Shown: positions 1 to 13,590 of the stretch, in pieces
How positions within the stretch are numbered: the first letter of the stretch is position 1
Layout: each line of letters begins with the position of its first letter
DNA from: Carcharhinus amblyrhynchos
Lineage: Eukaryota
Assembly (NCBI GenBank): GCA_965287045.1
Contig: OZ336876.1
Span: 43,152,001-43,216,000, forward strand
Direction of reading: 5' to 3'
Length of the DNA stretch: 64,000 nt
The notes under the pieces: generated by a model
Databases searched by the model: none
What the model saw: the letters and a program-made list of their open reading frames with translations, nothing else
Told to the model about the DNA's origin: nothing
Position numbers and translations under genes: made by a program

Positions 1-229
1 ATACAGTATATACTTAAAGCTGAAACTGGCATGAGCATCACACTAGATTTGTACAGGAAATCTAAACGATCAGTACAGAAGATGTACACACTGATGTATC
101 TATGCACTACTCTGCCATAGATGAAGAGCCAATATAGATTATCTGTTACTCCTATGAGTTGCTATTAAGTCATGAATACCAGAAGTAAACATTTCAGCAG
201 CTTCTTTCCTTCCCATCCCAGCCCTTACT

Positions 230-620
230 TATTCATAGGTGTGGACGTTGCTGGTAAAACCAACGTTTATTGCCGATCTCTAATTGCCCCTGAGAAGGCA
301 GTGGTGAGCTGACTTCTTGGCAAGTAAGTGGCTTACTAGGCTATTACAGAAGGAAATTAGGAGTCATATTCCCCACATTTGCTGCAGGTCTGGTGTCACA
401 AGTAGGCCATACCAGTAAAAATAGCAGATTTCCTTCCCTAAGCTACATTAATGAATCCAATAGGGTTTTCCAATAATCTGATAGTCACATGGTCACCATT
501 ACTGATATTAGCATTTTTTTTAATATTCTAAATGTATTTAGCTAACTGAATTTGAAACCCTTGTTGTCATAGTGAGATTATTAATCCAGTCCTCGGGACT
601 ATAAATCGAGTAACTTAAGC
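230..620 (-). mobile_element. 3' tail fragment of a common LINE family (same family as 55760-58440 and 62180-62350)
   Basis: Shares gtggacgttgctgg...tttattgcc...taattgcccctgagaaggcagtggtgagctg with 55775-55850, and cacatttgctgcaggtctggtgtcaca with 58210-58240. Confidence 0.65.
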
Positions 621-919
621 TATTATGCTACCGTTCCCGATATAATACATATAAGAAGCAACTTCGTCACATAGTGACACTTCAGTGTAAAATAGTATGG
701 AGAGTTATTTCACCAGGATAAAATTTTACTACTTTTATAAAAAAAGCCTTGAGATAAGAAGATTTTGACTTATTTAGAGTTAGCATTTTAAAATAAAATG
801 GGTATAGAATGACCAGGTGCACTTATGCGATAATGTAAAGAAAAATGCCAAACAGGTAAAAAATATGCTTCAGCTAAATGGTGCTTTTACATTGGCTGCT
901 GTAAAAGGGATTACAGAAA

Positions 920-1847
920 CAAATACTAGATCTATGTATGTTTATTGTTAGTGCAGCAAGTTTGTTCTTATCATCTATGATATAACCATGGAAAGAATCA
1001 TTCCAGATGACAATGCAAGACATTATGGCTACAGTCTCTGAAAACTCATGGCATTAATCTAGTTGGTCTTGCCTCTCAATAACAATTCAGAAAACAGCAT
1101 TGCACACCTGTAGGTGTTGTTCCAATTCACCACCAATGGGGGTATTGATAATAAAACAAAGAGAATCTAAAAATTCTTCTTTCAAATAGTTTCCTATTGA
1201 AATCATTTGCATTTTCAATTTTTTTTGACTGGCCTTGCAGTTGATATTTCAGGTAATCGGAGAAAGCTGTCTTCAGAAGTGATTTGCTTTTTTTTGAGAC
1301 TATTCTGATAGTATAACTTTCAGTGCAGTTTTCTACTGATGTACATTTTAGACATGCACAACCTATGGACTATCCAAGCTTTCTGTTGGTGTTATCCCAG
1401 CGTACAACTGAATTGCTTGAGATCTTCCACCGCATTGTTTAGGATTTCTTGTGCTCTGCGGGACTAAGTCTTGCTTTTACCGAATAGTGTACATGCTGTT
1501 ACACTCTGGTACTGTAGATTTTGCACTCTACAAACCAATTTTCCTTCTAAATGGCCTTTAACAATATAAAGGTAACTGTTTGAAAGCAAAATTGATGATT
1601 GTTATAAAGCAGGCATTCATACCTGAATTGCCCAATATCTAAAACAAGTGTCAGGTCTTGTGACACTACTAGAAGTACCATAAGTTATACTATAATACAT
1701 CCATAGGGATTTTTGTCCCATTTCACCAAATGGCGAGTATGGAATCTACATTCAATGTAGACAGTAAAGAGCAACTTATTCATTGTTTTAAAGCACTGCT
1801 ACAGCAGAATAAAACAATTCGAGAACTGCTATCCCCATGTCACAGTG
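920..1847 (-). other. KLHL29: KLHL29 3'UTR (proximal part; may extend further)
   Basis: AT-rich sequence without recognisable TEs after the stop codon. AATAAA on the minus strand at 941-946 is followed by a GT/T-rich tract (gtatttgtttctg). The true cleavage site is not verifiable here. Confidence 0.45.
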
Positions 1848-2048
<201 letters not shown>

Positions 2049-3134
2049 TTATGAGTCAATTGATCAAATAATCATCATCATGTCATTCACAAAGCATAAA
2101 GATAAGCTTTTAATTGTCAAGCATGCAGTAGCTCCTGTGCAGCATACACGGATCACTGAGTACTTGTTTTCTTATAATAATATTGCCACCATACAACAGC
2201 ATGATTTATTCTATAATATGATGGATACATAATTATAAGAATGGGATATCTTTTCACCAGGAAACATTTCTTTTTGACTATTATATTGAAATCACATGTA
2301 CAAAAAGGTTACTAAATTGAGAGCAAACAGCACCAATGCACAGTTTAATAAAATTAAAAAGAAACTCAGTTCGAATTTGTAGCATTGATGAAGCTGATTC
2401 AACAACACTAATCCAGAGAAGGGGAGGTGACATTTTCTGCTTGCGAACAAGATCAGAAACTGACTTTAGTCCCTTCAGTATTCAAATGTCAGACTGTTTC
2501 CTGAAACAGAATTCTTTTTAAAATGTGTGGCTAATCTTGTCGTCACGTACAATATTTGGTGCTAGTATGTGCCAAATGTTTTGTGTCAGGGTTGAAAATT
2601 CAATAAAACATCTCAGTTTATCTGCGTAGCATCAGTGTGACTTAACTTTGGGGTGGGTTGTTGCATAATTGAAACTGTTTTTTTATATTTAAACAACCAT
2701 TTATAGCATTTATTTTCCAACCTGTTCCTCCCAACCAAATGTGATGCATCTGCACACACAATTATGTAAATAGCGTGGGCTCTATATGAGCCATACCAGT
2801 GCCACAGGATAAAATGATCTATTAGTACATAACCAGATATTTTGCAACTACAATCATTTTTACATTGACCTCAAGAGTCACTTCCATTACTACTACAGAA
2901 TTTAAATAATAGATGGCTTCCACTGTAACAGGAATATTTTAATCAGCTATATGATTAAATAAAGTACATGGTAAGAATCTTCTCTTTGAAGTGCTACTAC
3001 AATATATTTAGGACCACTAGAAAATTGGTGCCAATTTAGATGCTTGCTTTGGAATTTAAAGAGTTTTATTTTGTAAACATACCTAAGATGAACAAACAGC
3101 ACCGATGGCACAACTGTAATGAGAACATATGCTT

Positions 3135-3430
3135 TGTCGCGAAATATCCCAAGGTGCTTCACAACAGTGTGATGAGACTGAAATTGACACAAATGAGGAG
3201 AAGGTATTTGGATGGGTGATCAAGTATCTAGTTCAAGAGCTAGGTATTGAGGCAAGTATCATAGGAAGAGTGTGAAGTAGAGACAATGTATGAGGGAATG
3301 TGGTGTTTTGAGTTTGCAGAAGATGAATGATGCATAGGAGAATATTAGAAAAGCGGAATTTGTTTGTAACGTATGTATGGATGAGGATTTCCACAGCAGA
3401 TAATGATGAAAGGGTGGAAACATGCAATTG
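3135..3430 (-). mobile_element. Degenerate L2-type LINE 3' end
   Basis: Reverse complement resembles the L2 3' ends at 28620-28750 and 41250-41350 (ggtgtcaaattt...gtgaagcaccttgggat). Confidence 0.5.
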
Positions 3431-4204
3431 AAGTACGCAGAGGAAAAATAAGTTTGAAGTTCAGCTTGGGTCAGTAGGACGTTGAGATTATTTGTTTCAG
3501 CCTGAGCGAATCATAATTAGAGAGAACCTCACTAACATTGGCCACGTCAGCTCAAACTGACCATGTCAAAAACGTAACTGAATTGAGTTGGGATTCACTT
3601 GGTGATATTATGACTTGTGCAATTTTAACAATTTTTATTAATTTTGGAGCTGTGGAAAAATATGTGACAAGCAAATGAAATATTGCTTTAAATATCATTA
3701 CAATTTTGTATGTAGTCTTGCTCATCTTAAAAACCTAAACCACAGAGAACAAATCTGAGTAGGTCTGAAATCAGCAGGAGTTGGGGGTTCCACAGAGATT
3801 CGGGTTTACAGATAGATCAATCTGACATTCATCCTGCTTATGTGCACCACATTCAGCATTATGGTGAAGTGGTTCCTGCCTCTGCAATTTAATCTGTTTC
3901 AAAGTATAGTATATAATATAAGCAAGATAATTTGCTTCCGCATGCGCCAGTTTTATGTTGCTATTAGTATTTAGCAAGATTATGTGCTTGCATGATGAAT
4001 CAAAGCACAGCCTACATGTATAGATCATTCTGGTATTGTTTTTGACATTCTGTCAAAGTATCATAAGTAATTTTGTATCATGCCTTAATTTCTTCCCGAC
4101 AAACTGTTGTTTTTGATGGTTCTTTAGCCCACTCCATTCACTCAGCTGTTCAATGATGTGCAGAACAATTTTAGCAACTATTTCTCAAACTCACAATGGA
4201 AATA

Positions 4205-4720
4205 CATTTGACTCACTTGAGGCTCAAGGTTTTGCATTGAAGCCCCACTGTAGCGATTTGAGCACATGTATTTAGGCTAATATTTCAGTGCAGTGCTGAG
4301 GAAGTGCTGCAAGGCCATAGGCTGTTGGTCACCTTTTACAGGAGCTTGTACTGCTCAAACAGGTGGATGTAAAATATTCCATGGCACTATGCAGAAAAGA
4401 AAGTTCTCTTGCTGCTGTAGCCAACATTTATCTAACAATCAATATTAAAAGTAGATGATTGAATTAATTTTATTTCATTGCTGTTGGTGGGATCTTGCTA
4501 TGTACACACTGGCTTCCATTTTACTCACATTTCAATAGTAACTATGGCTGGAATTCTCTGGCCATTCATGTCCTGCCACCACTGCCAGCGAGAATGGAAA
4601 ATTTGGCACTCAGCGCAGCAGGATGAGAGAACACAGCTGCAGGTGAGGTCAGAGAATCCAGCCCTATGTTTCATTGGATGTAAAACATTTAGGATGTTTT
4701 GAGGTCAAAATCTTTCTTTA
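4205..4720 (+). mobile_element. DeuSINE (SacSINE1/AmnSINE1-like), interrupted by a MITE
   Basis: Recognisable blocks: agccccactg..ttgagcacat..aggctaatatttcagtgcagtgctgagg; caggtggatgtaaaatattccatggcactat; cattgctgttggtgggatcttgctatgt; ttcattggatgtaaaacatttaggatgttttgaggtc. Confidence 0.7.
4546..4664. mobile_element. MITE with GGGC-type terminal inverted repeats (Harbinger-like, non-autonomous)
   Basis: Ends ggctggaattctctgg ... tcagagaatccagccc; flanked by tat/tat (possible 3-bp TSD); splits the DeuSINE. A related copy lies at ~58870-58997. Confidence 0.6.
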
Positions 4721-7700
4721 TCCTCTAATTTCTTAGTCATTTCATGACTTACATTATTTAAGCAACAGATTTAAGTACACTGAGAAATTTGCTTAGGGAA
4801 GCATCTCTCAAATGGAGGTTCCTTTGCTCTGAATAACACTTCATAATAAATGGTATATATTATTCATGAACATAAGTACAATTTCCCATTAGTAGAGAAC
4901 AAAATACGATAATTTGTTCTTTCAAGGTCACTTTAGTTCCTTAGGTTTTATTGATTTGTAACCATTTGTACTCTCTTGAATTGAACATGATTAACTTTAA
5001 GGCAAACAAAAAATCATGTTACTGTTCAATTAAAGGGATCAGCTTTATGAAATAGTATTTTGCACATCGGACAGGAAGGTCAATTGCTGGTATTTGCTGA
5101 CTTTGCCTTCCTAATAGTGACTGCATTTCAAAGTAATTAACTGCGTGCAAAAAGCTTTGGGATGTTTAATATGATAAGGTGTTATATTAATACAATCCTT
5201 TTTCTCAAGTAATCCGATTTCAGTTCAATGACCCATATATTCAGTCTAAGTAAGGAAGAGAGAGGAAAAAAAAGTGTTCCTGCTCTTCATAGCATCAGTG
5301 TTGAGTGAGGACATGGTCAGTCTTTGTTGTGGTTGATTGGTTGGCCCCATATACGGTTGGACTTGTATGTGAAAAGAAGAGTCATTTTGATCAGGTATTC
5401 TAGAGCTTTGCCTGACTTTTGCAGCCATCTTCCTGACATAATTCACTGCTTTTTGTAGAGAAGCAGAGAATTTTTTTTGAAATTGTGCAAATCTATGTCT
5501 ATAAACTCATAATATAATGATGTGAATGGCCTAATTTCACCTGGGAATTATATAATTGTCATGAGAAGAGTGCTCAGTTCTTCTCCCTCAAATTGAGGTG
5601 CATTGCTAAACATGCTTGGCACTATTTAAGCAGGGCTCATTCATTCTTTACATACCCCACAGCTAGATGTCACTGCTGCACTCCATACACATTGTTCAGG
5701 AAACGCTCCACCAAAGCCCCTCAGAGTAAAATGGCATGCTATGGGTATTATGGTTACTTCTCTTTGCTATAATCATATGTATCAGCATATATGATTATGA
5801 AAATGTAGAATTTCTTTCAAGATGCTGGTGCATAAAGGCAAAAAAAATTGTGTATGTTGTTCTTTAATCCCTAAGAGCCCTTTCTTATGTCTGTTGTAAG
5901 TACATAAGACTGTTGCTTAAAAGATGTGTAAACTTAAATCTATTGTAAGTGTATAATATTGATGCTTTGGAGCTATGTATAACTAAAGATGACTAAAATC
6001 AGAGAGTTGAATACATCTCATTACTATACTTGTGTTTCACAGATTAATATGTAAAGGCATTTATCAGAATATTAAATATATAAAACCTTAATCCAAAAGC
6101 ATGAAATTTGAAATTGCAGCATCTCATGATGAGGAATTTATATTTTTAAATTAGATTCTAATTAGATTATTTCATTTATGCACCAGCACCTTGGGAGATT
6201 TTATTTATTTAGAGAGTACACAATCGCTGAAGCCAAGCAATAGCCTCCTCTGCCAGGGAGAATTTTACAATCCCTTCCCACTGAACTCAATGGAGGTTTG
6301 AATGGCTTGCAGCATTTTCCAGCCTAGCCCTTGCTGCGATGGGGCCACTCCTCGGTAATGTGCATCACTGTTTGTGTCTTTCCGTAAAAGCATAAAGGGT
6401 TTGTACTGAGGCCCCAGCCATGGAGATTGGCTGCACAGGGACTCTAGCCTGTCCTGAACCCAATTAGCAAGGACTACTATCATAATGGATGTCCAAAGCC
6501 TTGCCATTCAACAGATGGATTAGTGATGTCCCATGTTTCCTATTCCTTAATTCTAAGATTCCTGCTGGATCTTACTCAGGAAGGGTGCTCCATATGAGAT
6601 GGCGAGATGGAAGGTGGGCAGAAGTTGGGTTGAACAGGTTATTATGGGGCAATAATTGAGGTACAGCATGGATAGTTTCAACTAGCTAGTGTGTTTCTGT
6701 CAGTCAGAGGATGTTGTTGGAATAATATTTGTGAGGACAGGAAGCCAGGGAGGATTGTCAAACAGAGTTCCAGCTATGTTGAGAATTGTTGCATTCAATT
6801 GAGTACTAACAAGGTATTTAAGTGATGCCAGTTGCCAATCAGGTGCAAAGTATACTGCTATAAGGTAAGTGCTGAGGTCCAGAGTCTTATGGTAGCAGCA
6901 ACCCATATAGATCCAGCAAGTTTGGCTGACAGATTGTTTCTGACTTTTGCTGCTGTTTTCAAATATTCCCAGAAGAACAAAGACCTATCTTGAATGTAGT
7001 GTAACCAGTTGATAGCTGGTCACCAATGAGAAATCTTTTCCAAGTTTTGGAATGGCAATGATTTTTAACTACAGGCTACTCCTTTGGGAGTGAGTTTGAG
7101 CTGATAATTTTTGTGTAAAGCGAAGTCAGCCAGCAACACCCACATCCCATGAATCAATTAAAAAAAAAGGACACTTTCTAGCATGACATTTAGAGCATGG
7201 GTGGAGTGAGAGACAGCCTTTTTAAATTATCTTTTTATCTAATTAAGCATATTCACATATTATTTCAAAAGATAAGTCGTCTCTTCTACTAGAATGATAA
7301 CTGTTACATGCCTGCGGTGTTTGAGGAATACTGATTGTGCCTTAACAACATGCCTGAATCTTAACCTCAGGAGAGTACAACATTATGACATTTCCAATTC
7401 CTATCCTTTGGTCTTCTGACAAATCCCCAACTTCTGGGACATTTTTGGGGAGGTTTATGGTATAAGCTCCATTAAACTGAAACCGTATAAGCCCATTCAA
7501 TTTAAAACTCTTACAGCAATTAAAGATCTAAGTCCTACTTGCAGACATGAAAGAATCCAGTTTCTGTTCTCAATAGTCTGATCTGTGACTATTTGTGAAG
7601 GTGATGCTATTAACTGAAACTCCTGGTCTAGTATATTAGCTTATTAGCCATAGGGTCTGGGACAGCAACCTGCTGCTTGGACCGTAACTGCAGCAGAAAC

Positions 7701-7749
7701 TATCTTCTGGGCATAACCACAGGATAGAATCAGGGAGGTATGAGACACT

Positions 7750-8333
7750 GTCCGGGGTTTTCTGCTCCCATTTTTTTTGGCGGGTTTGGTGACGGGAGCA
7801 AAAAATCTTGAGAGAGGAGCAAATGGTGTTTCATGCTGATTAAAAGCATGACGCAATGGTCCATGACCCTGGCAGCGAGATAATGGGAATCCTGATGTCA
7901 AACATTGAGTATATAATTTCCACATGTTAACATCTCATTATCAGGCCTCTATGCCTGAATCATTCCCCCCTATTGTAAGAAAGTTCATTCATGCCAGCTT
8001 GAGGGCACACTAATGTGAATTACAATTGGTCTCCCAAGACATGCAGTTGGGAGTTGTGGGAGCAGACCTCCCAGAGTCCTTTGCACAGGGAGAGGGGGTC
8101 GTGCCTTGGTTGTGCTGGGAAGTTGGTGAGGGGATGGAGTTTCCATATGAACTTTTGTGAATTTGGATGGCCATTATAAATGGCGCCCTGATCTTCAGAA
8201 ACTCAAGTTTCTGGCAAACCTGCACCACCAGTGTGATGGCACGGGACTCTAACTTTCAAGTTTTTTACACTATAGCGCACCACTTTTCCCATCTGTTATT
8301 GGCCTTTGCCATTATTCGGGAAAATTCCACCCA
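7750..8333. mobile_element. Degenerate Harbinger-derived non-autonomous element
   Basis: GC-richer block ending ggaaaattccaccc, the reverse complement of the gggtgaaattttcc-type terminus at 30947. Confidence 0.4.
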
Positions 8334-8629
8334 ATACATTGGCTGGGAAGCACTCTGTTTAAGAATTGTGAGGGTTTGTTGACTGAGGTGTTTCCGATTC
8401 CAGATGAAATGTAAATAAGTTATGAATTATGCACTGTAGTGAAATATGAGCTCTCAGGATATATGATTAGTTCATAATATTGAATTCCAATTAGTAAACT
8501 AAAAGTTATAGTGATGGTAAATGATGTTGAAAAAAATATTCTGCAAATCTTTCTTTTCTCTTTGACTCAGAGAAAGGCTTTCTTAATTTTTTATTTGGAG
8601 GTGCTCCAATGAGTTTCAATGCAATTCAT

Positions 8630-10420
8630 ATGGTTATTCCTTAGGAGCAGGAATACAACATTCACCCCATTTACAACTCCTTTTACCAACTTTCATCCCT
8701 AACTGTGGATGCCCTTGACTAATAAATACCTGGTTATTCTCGGCCTTGAAAGTTTCAATGATCCAGGAGCCTTTTGTGGGCATAGTTTTGGAATTCCACT
8801 ACCCTACCGTGCTTCTTTACATTATACAATTCTAAGTTAATGCTTTTTGTTCTGAACTCATACAGTAGAGGAAATAGATTTTCTCTACTTATAGTTTCAA
8901 ATCCTTTTATCATTTTAATCTCAAGCTTGTCCTCCTAATATAACCCTTTAACCCCATATCATTTGGTAAATAGGCATGGTGTCTCTTCCCAAGGCCAATA
9001 ATATTGTTCCTGAAGTGTGGTATCCACAACTGAATAGAACATTACAGCACAAACAGGCCCTTCGGCCCACAAGTTGCACCGATCATATCCATACCTACCA
9101 GACCATAGGACTATCTATAACTCCCAATCCCATTAAATCCCATGTACTCATCCAGAAGTCTTTTAAAAGACACCAGCGAGTCCGCCTCCACCACCCCCGA
9201 CGGCAGCCGATTCCACTCACTCACCACCCTCTGAGTGAAAAACTTACCCCTGACATCCCCTCTGTACCTGCTCCCCAGCACCTTAAACCTGTGTCATCTT
9301 GTAGTGGCCATTTCAGCCCTGGGAAAAAGCCTCCGAGAATCCACCCTATCTATATCTCTCAACATTTTATAAACCTCTATCAGGTCGCCTCTCAACCTTC
9401 GTCTCTCCAGGGAGAAGAGACCTAGCTCCCTCCCCAATCCAGTCAACATCCTTGTAAATCTCCTCTGCACCCTCTCAATAGCTTCCACATCCTTCCTGTA
9501 GTGAGGCAACCAGAACTGCGCACAGTACTCCAAGTGGAGTCTGACATAAGGATCTTATAAAGTTGCAGCATTACCTCCCGACTCCTAAACTCAATCCCTC
9601 AATTAATGAAGGCTAGCACATCATACGCCTTCTTGACCACATCCTCCACCTGTGAGGCCGATTTAAGAGTCCTATGGACCTGGACCCCAAGGTCCTTCTG
9701 CTCCTCAACACTGCTAAGAGTACTACCCTTGATATTGTACTCCTTCATCCCATTGGACCTGCCAAAACGGACCACTACACATTTATCCACGTTGAAGTCC
9801 ATCTGCCACTTCTCTGCCAGTCTTGCATTCTATCTATGTCACGCTGCAACTTCTGACATCCCTCCGGATTATCCACAACACCACCAACCTTCAATATGCA
9901 ATACTCCAAATGAGTTCTGAACAGTGCTCTGCAAAGCTGAAACATAACGCTGTTATTTTGATATTATAGTTCCCTTGAGATAAAGTCCAACCCTCTATTT
10001 GTCTTTATGATTATATTTTGAATATGTTCATTTGATTTCAGATCTAGACCTGCATTCCTTTGTTCCTTCAGCTGTTTCTATTCTTTCAGCATTAAGAAAA
10101 TATTCCAATTTGCATTTCTTGGATTCAAAGTGGCTGACCTCAGATACATTCAATTGTATCTGCCATTATTTTTCCCTATTATTTAACCTCCGTCCATTTG
10201 TATCTCTTTGCTGTCATCTGCGCAATTTACTATTTCCTAGCTTGCAGACAACTGCAAATTTGATGAACAATATTCCACTGCTTTATCCAAGTCACTGCTA
10301 TAAATGGGGAAAAGCTGAGGTTCCAGTACAGATCCGCAGGGAACACCATTTACCACACCCTGCCCCTGATTTGTACATTCCCCCTTCCTATTCTGCCTTC
10401 AACCTCCCAACCAATTTTGA
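8630..10420 (-). mobile_element. Old CR1 LINE 3' fragment hosting a younger CR1
   Basis: Decayed RT sequence on both sides of 9035-9892 (e.g. cagtacagatccgcagggaacacc = GVP.GSVL on the minus strand); continuous across the nested insertion. Confidence 0.7.
9035..9892 (-). mobile_element. Younger 5'-truncated CR1 (HER1-like) LINE
   Basis: ORF fragments [29 protein letters not shown]...[21 protein letters not shown] and FNVDKCVVVRFGRSN...DLGVQVH are hallmark CR1 ORF2 C-terminal motifs; the 3' UTR ends near 9035. Confidence 0.9.
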
Positions 10421-11319
10421 GTAAATATATCGATGGAGTTGATGCCTCATTAAGCAACTGCAAAATCTAAATTATTCAAATAACAATGAACACAATATGG
10501 TGTGCGGTAAGCCCAATGCTTTTGATGAATATCACAACATTTTCAAGAGACTAGAATATCTGGAATAAACTCAACACATTAACTTAAATACATCTCTATT
10601 TGAGTCTTAATCCACAATCTTCCTCTGAAAGCAATGAGACCACCCTGACAGTGTGAAAGAATTGAACAAGATAGCAAGGTTTTCAGACACAAACTGGATG
10701 AATAATGAGACAATGACATGCTATATATAAGGAACTTGGCAGGGTAATACTAATTATAAGATGTAGAAGGTTGATGGTGCAAGATTACATGCCACAAAAT
10801 ATGGCCTTTCAATCTGTCCCACATGTATTGCTCATGCCAAGACCTCCTACAACCCTACAGCTCTTTCATTACATCTCTCAGCTACTTTATATCAATAACA
10901 ACTGCCACAGTCAAGCTGTAATGGAATGCCTTGGTACATCCACCTCCTCATGCGCAGAGATACAAGTTCAGAACAGCGTTGCTGTAGCCAGTTGTATTTA
11001 GAGCAAGGGATGCCTAGGTAAGCTGGAGAACAAGGATTTGTAGAAGGAGACGATATCCAACAGGTACAATGTACTTGCTATTAGGATGAGGATAAAGGCT
11101 GTTGGAAGCACAGCCAGAATGGCTCCCTGCAATAGAAAATTGGCCAAAGGAGGAAGCAGGAGGAGGGGAAGTATAATGGAGTGTCAACTGACTGAGAAGT
11201 GACAATTCTATGAACTGTGTCATGGTTAACATATTTTTAGGAATTTTAACTTTCACAGAGATTGGGATAAACAGACTGGCACAAGAAAATTATGAAAAGT
11301 TAGCAAATTTCTTTTTTAA

Positions 11320-11616
11320 AGTTTATTTATTAGGCTTGAATTATCACTGCATTGAAGTTATTATGAAAGTCCCCTGATCACCCACTCCGGGCCTGTTTGG
11401 GTGCACTGAGGGAGAATTTAGCATGGCCAATGCACCTAATCAGCATGTCCTTTAGACTGGAAGGAAACAGGAATACCTGGAGGAAACCCACACAGACACG
11501 GGAGAATGTGTAAACTCCACACAGACAGTGACCCAAGCTGGGAATCGAATTGGGACCCTTGTGCTGTGAGGCATCAGTGCTAACCACTATGCTGCCTCTA
11601 TCCTGTATATATCTGT
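11320..11616 (-). mobile_element. tRNA-derived V-SINE (HE1-related; tail type B)
   Basis: Minus strand reads ggcagcatagtggttagcactgatgcctcacagc (A box), aattcgattccc (B box), core gtgtgggtttcctcc, ggtgcattggccatgctaaattctccctcagtg. Confidence 0.85.
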
Positions 11617-12181
11617 TACAGGTTTTGCTGCAGAAAACTAACAGGGTGATGTATATTAGTTTTAGCAATCAGAGTCAGATTTAGCTAACAACCTAATGGT
11701 GTGTGAACATTTATTTAATAGCGACCATAACATTGAGTTCGGTGTAGTGTTTGAGAGATGAAAAACAGATACTAAGATTGGTGATTTATTTAAGGCTGAC
11801 GTCAACGCGATGAGACAGACTGTCCACAGTAAACTGAGCAAATCTATTAACGGTTAAGACAACAGATAATCAGTGGGAAGCATTTAAAAATTGTAATTGT
11901 ATGTGATAGAAAACTAGTCCAAACAGCAAAAAAGCTAATAACCTACAGCATTGGACAGCTAAATAAGAAAGAGACAACACAAAACTAGAAATAAAGGCAT
12001 TCAAATGGCAAAGATCCTGGAGTACAGGAACGATACAAGGAATGCTAAAGGGTGATAAAACCAAGAGTGAAAGGAGTGTGACAGGAACCTTGCAAAGGAT
12101 AGCAAAACCAACCCAAAATCATTTTTAATTATATTTGGGACAAGAGCATAGTCAGGAGCATTATGCACCCCTTTATAACCA

Positions 12182-12545
12182 TTAGATGGATTGGCCATGC
12201 TAAATTGCTCTTTATTGCCCAAATGCATGAGGTTACAGGGGTGAGGGAACTGGGGAGACCTGGGTTAGATGCTTTTTCATGGTGTCAGAGTGGTTAGCAC
12301 TGCTGCCTCACAGCACCAGGGGCCTGAGTTCAGTTCCAGGCTGTCTGTGGAATTTGTACATTTTTACCACATCTGTGTGGGTTTCCTCTGAGTGCTCCAC
12401 TTTCCTTCCACAGTCTGAAGATGTGTAGATTAGATGGATTTAGCCTGAAATGTGTGGGGTTATGGAGATAGGTTGGGGGAGAGGACCTGGGTAAGATACA
12501 CTGTCAGAGGCGGTGCAGACTTGATGGGCTGAATGGCCGATGGTT
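12182..12545 (+). mobile_element. V-SINE (HE1-like) preceded by a partial SINE 3' fragment
   Basis: agtggttagcactgctgcctcacagcaccagg at ~12289; core tgtgtgggtttcctctg; 3' gacttgatgggctgaatggcc. A second ttagatggattggccatgctaaattg fragment sits at 12182-12290. Confidence 0.8.
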
Positions 12546-12989
12546 TCCATCCCAGGGTTTTAAAGCGAGTGAGTAAAAACATTGCAGATACCGGAACTAT
12601 AATCTTCTCAATTCTCTCAGTTCAAAAACATTTATTTTAGACTGGAAAATTGCTTATGTAGTTTTGCTATTTAAGAAAGATGCCACAGGAAACCTGGGAA
12701 TTATAGAGAAGTTCTATGGTTGCAAAATTACTGGAGACTACAATTTCAGATCGGGTGATTGCTAATTGTGAAAATTTTCAGATGCTCAGAGAAAACCTCC
12801 ATGATTAAAGAGTAGGACCTGCCTGACCAATCTGATTCAATTCTTTTGAAAATTAATGTTCAGGGAAATGTCTGTAGCTGTTATTTATACAGATTTCTAG
12901 AAAGCTTTGGTAATGACCCTCAAAGTAGAATGTTAGCTGAAGTTGAAGCCCATGAAGGCAAATCATTGGCTTAATTAAGCAATTGGCCC

Positions 12990-13260
12990 AGTCCATCACT
13001 CAAACCATCCAATGATTCTGTCTACACTTCCCACTGCCTCAAAAGCAGCCAGCATAATCAAGGACCCCACTCATTCTGGACATACTCTCTTCTACTTTCC
13101 GTCAGGAAAAAGATATAAAGGTCTGAGATCACATACCAACTGGATAAAGAACAGCTTCTTCCCTGCTGGCATCGGACTTTTGAATGGACCCACCTTATTA
13201 AGCTAAGTTTTCTCTACACCCTATCTGTAACTGCAACACTATATTCTGCATCCTTTTCGG
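12990..13260 (+). mobile_element. Rex1/Babar LINE 3' end
   Basis: ORF 13012-13206 KAASIIKDPTHSGHTLF..PSGKRYKGLRSHTNWIKNSFFPAGIGLLN matches the characteristic Rex1/Babar C-terminus (KA..I..DP.HP.H.LF..LPSG.RY......T.R...SFFP.AI.LLN). Confidence 0.8.
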
Positions 13261-13429
13261 ATACATAGTAAATTAAAATGTACATTATAGAAAATAATTA
13301 AAAAGAAACTAATAGATGCAGCCTTTATATCTAGAAAACTGGAACACAGGAGAATGAAAATCATGCTTCAACTACACAAAGCTCTGATTAAATCACTCCT
13401 TCCATACAGACAGCATTTCTAGGTACCAT

Positions 13430-13590
13430 GTTCTTTCTCTACAACCTAGCTATGACAGTAACACTACATTCTGCACGCTTTCATTTCCTTCTCTATGTAC
13501 ACTATGCTTTGTCTGTATAGTGTGCAAGAAACAATACTTTTCACTGTATACTAATACATGTGACAATAAATCAAGATCAAAATCAAATCA
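13430..13590 (+). mobile_element. Second Rex1/Babar-type 3'UTR/tail fragment
   Basis: ttctctacaacctagctatgacagtaacactacattctgcac parallels 13209-13252; ends aataaatcaagatcaaaatcaaatca (short-repeat tail). Confidence 0.6.

Noticed and set aside
8976-9425. 149-aa plus-strand ORF
   Set aside because: Antisense frame of the CR1 fragment at 9035-9892.
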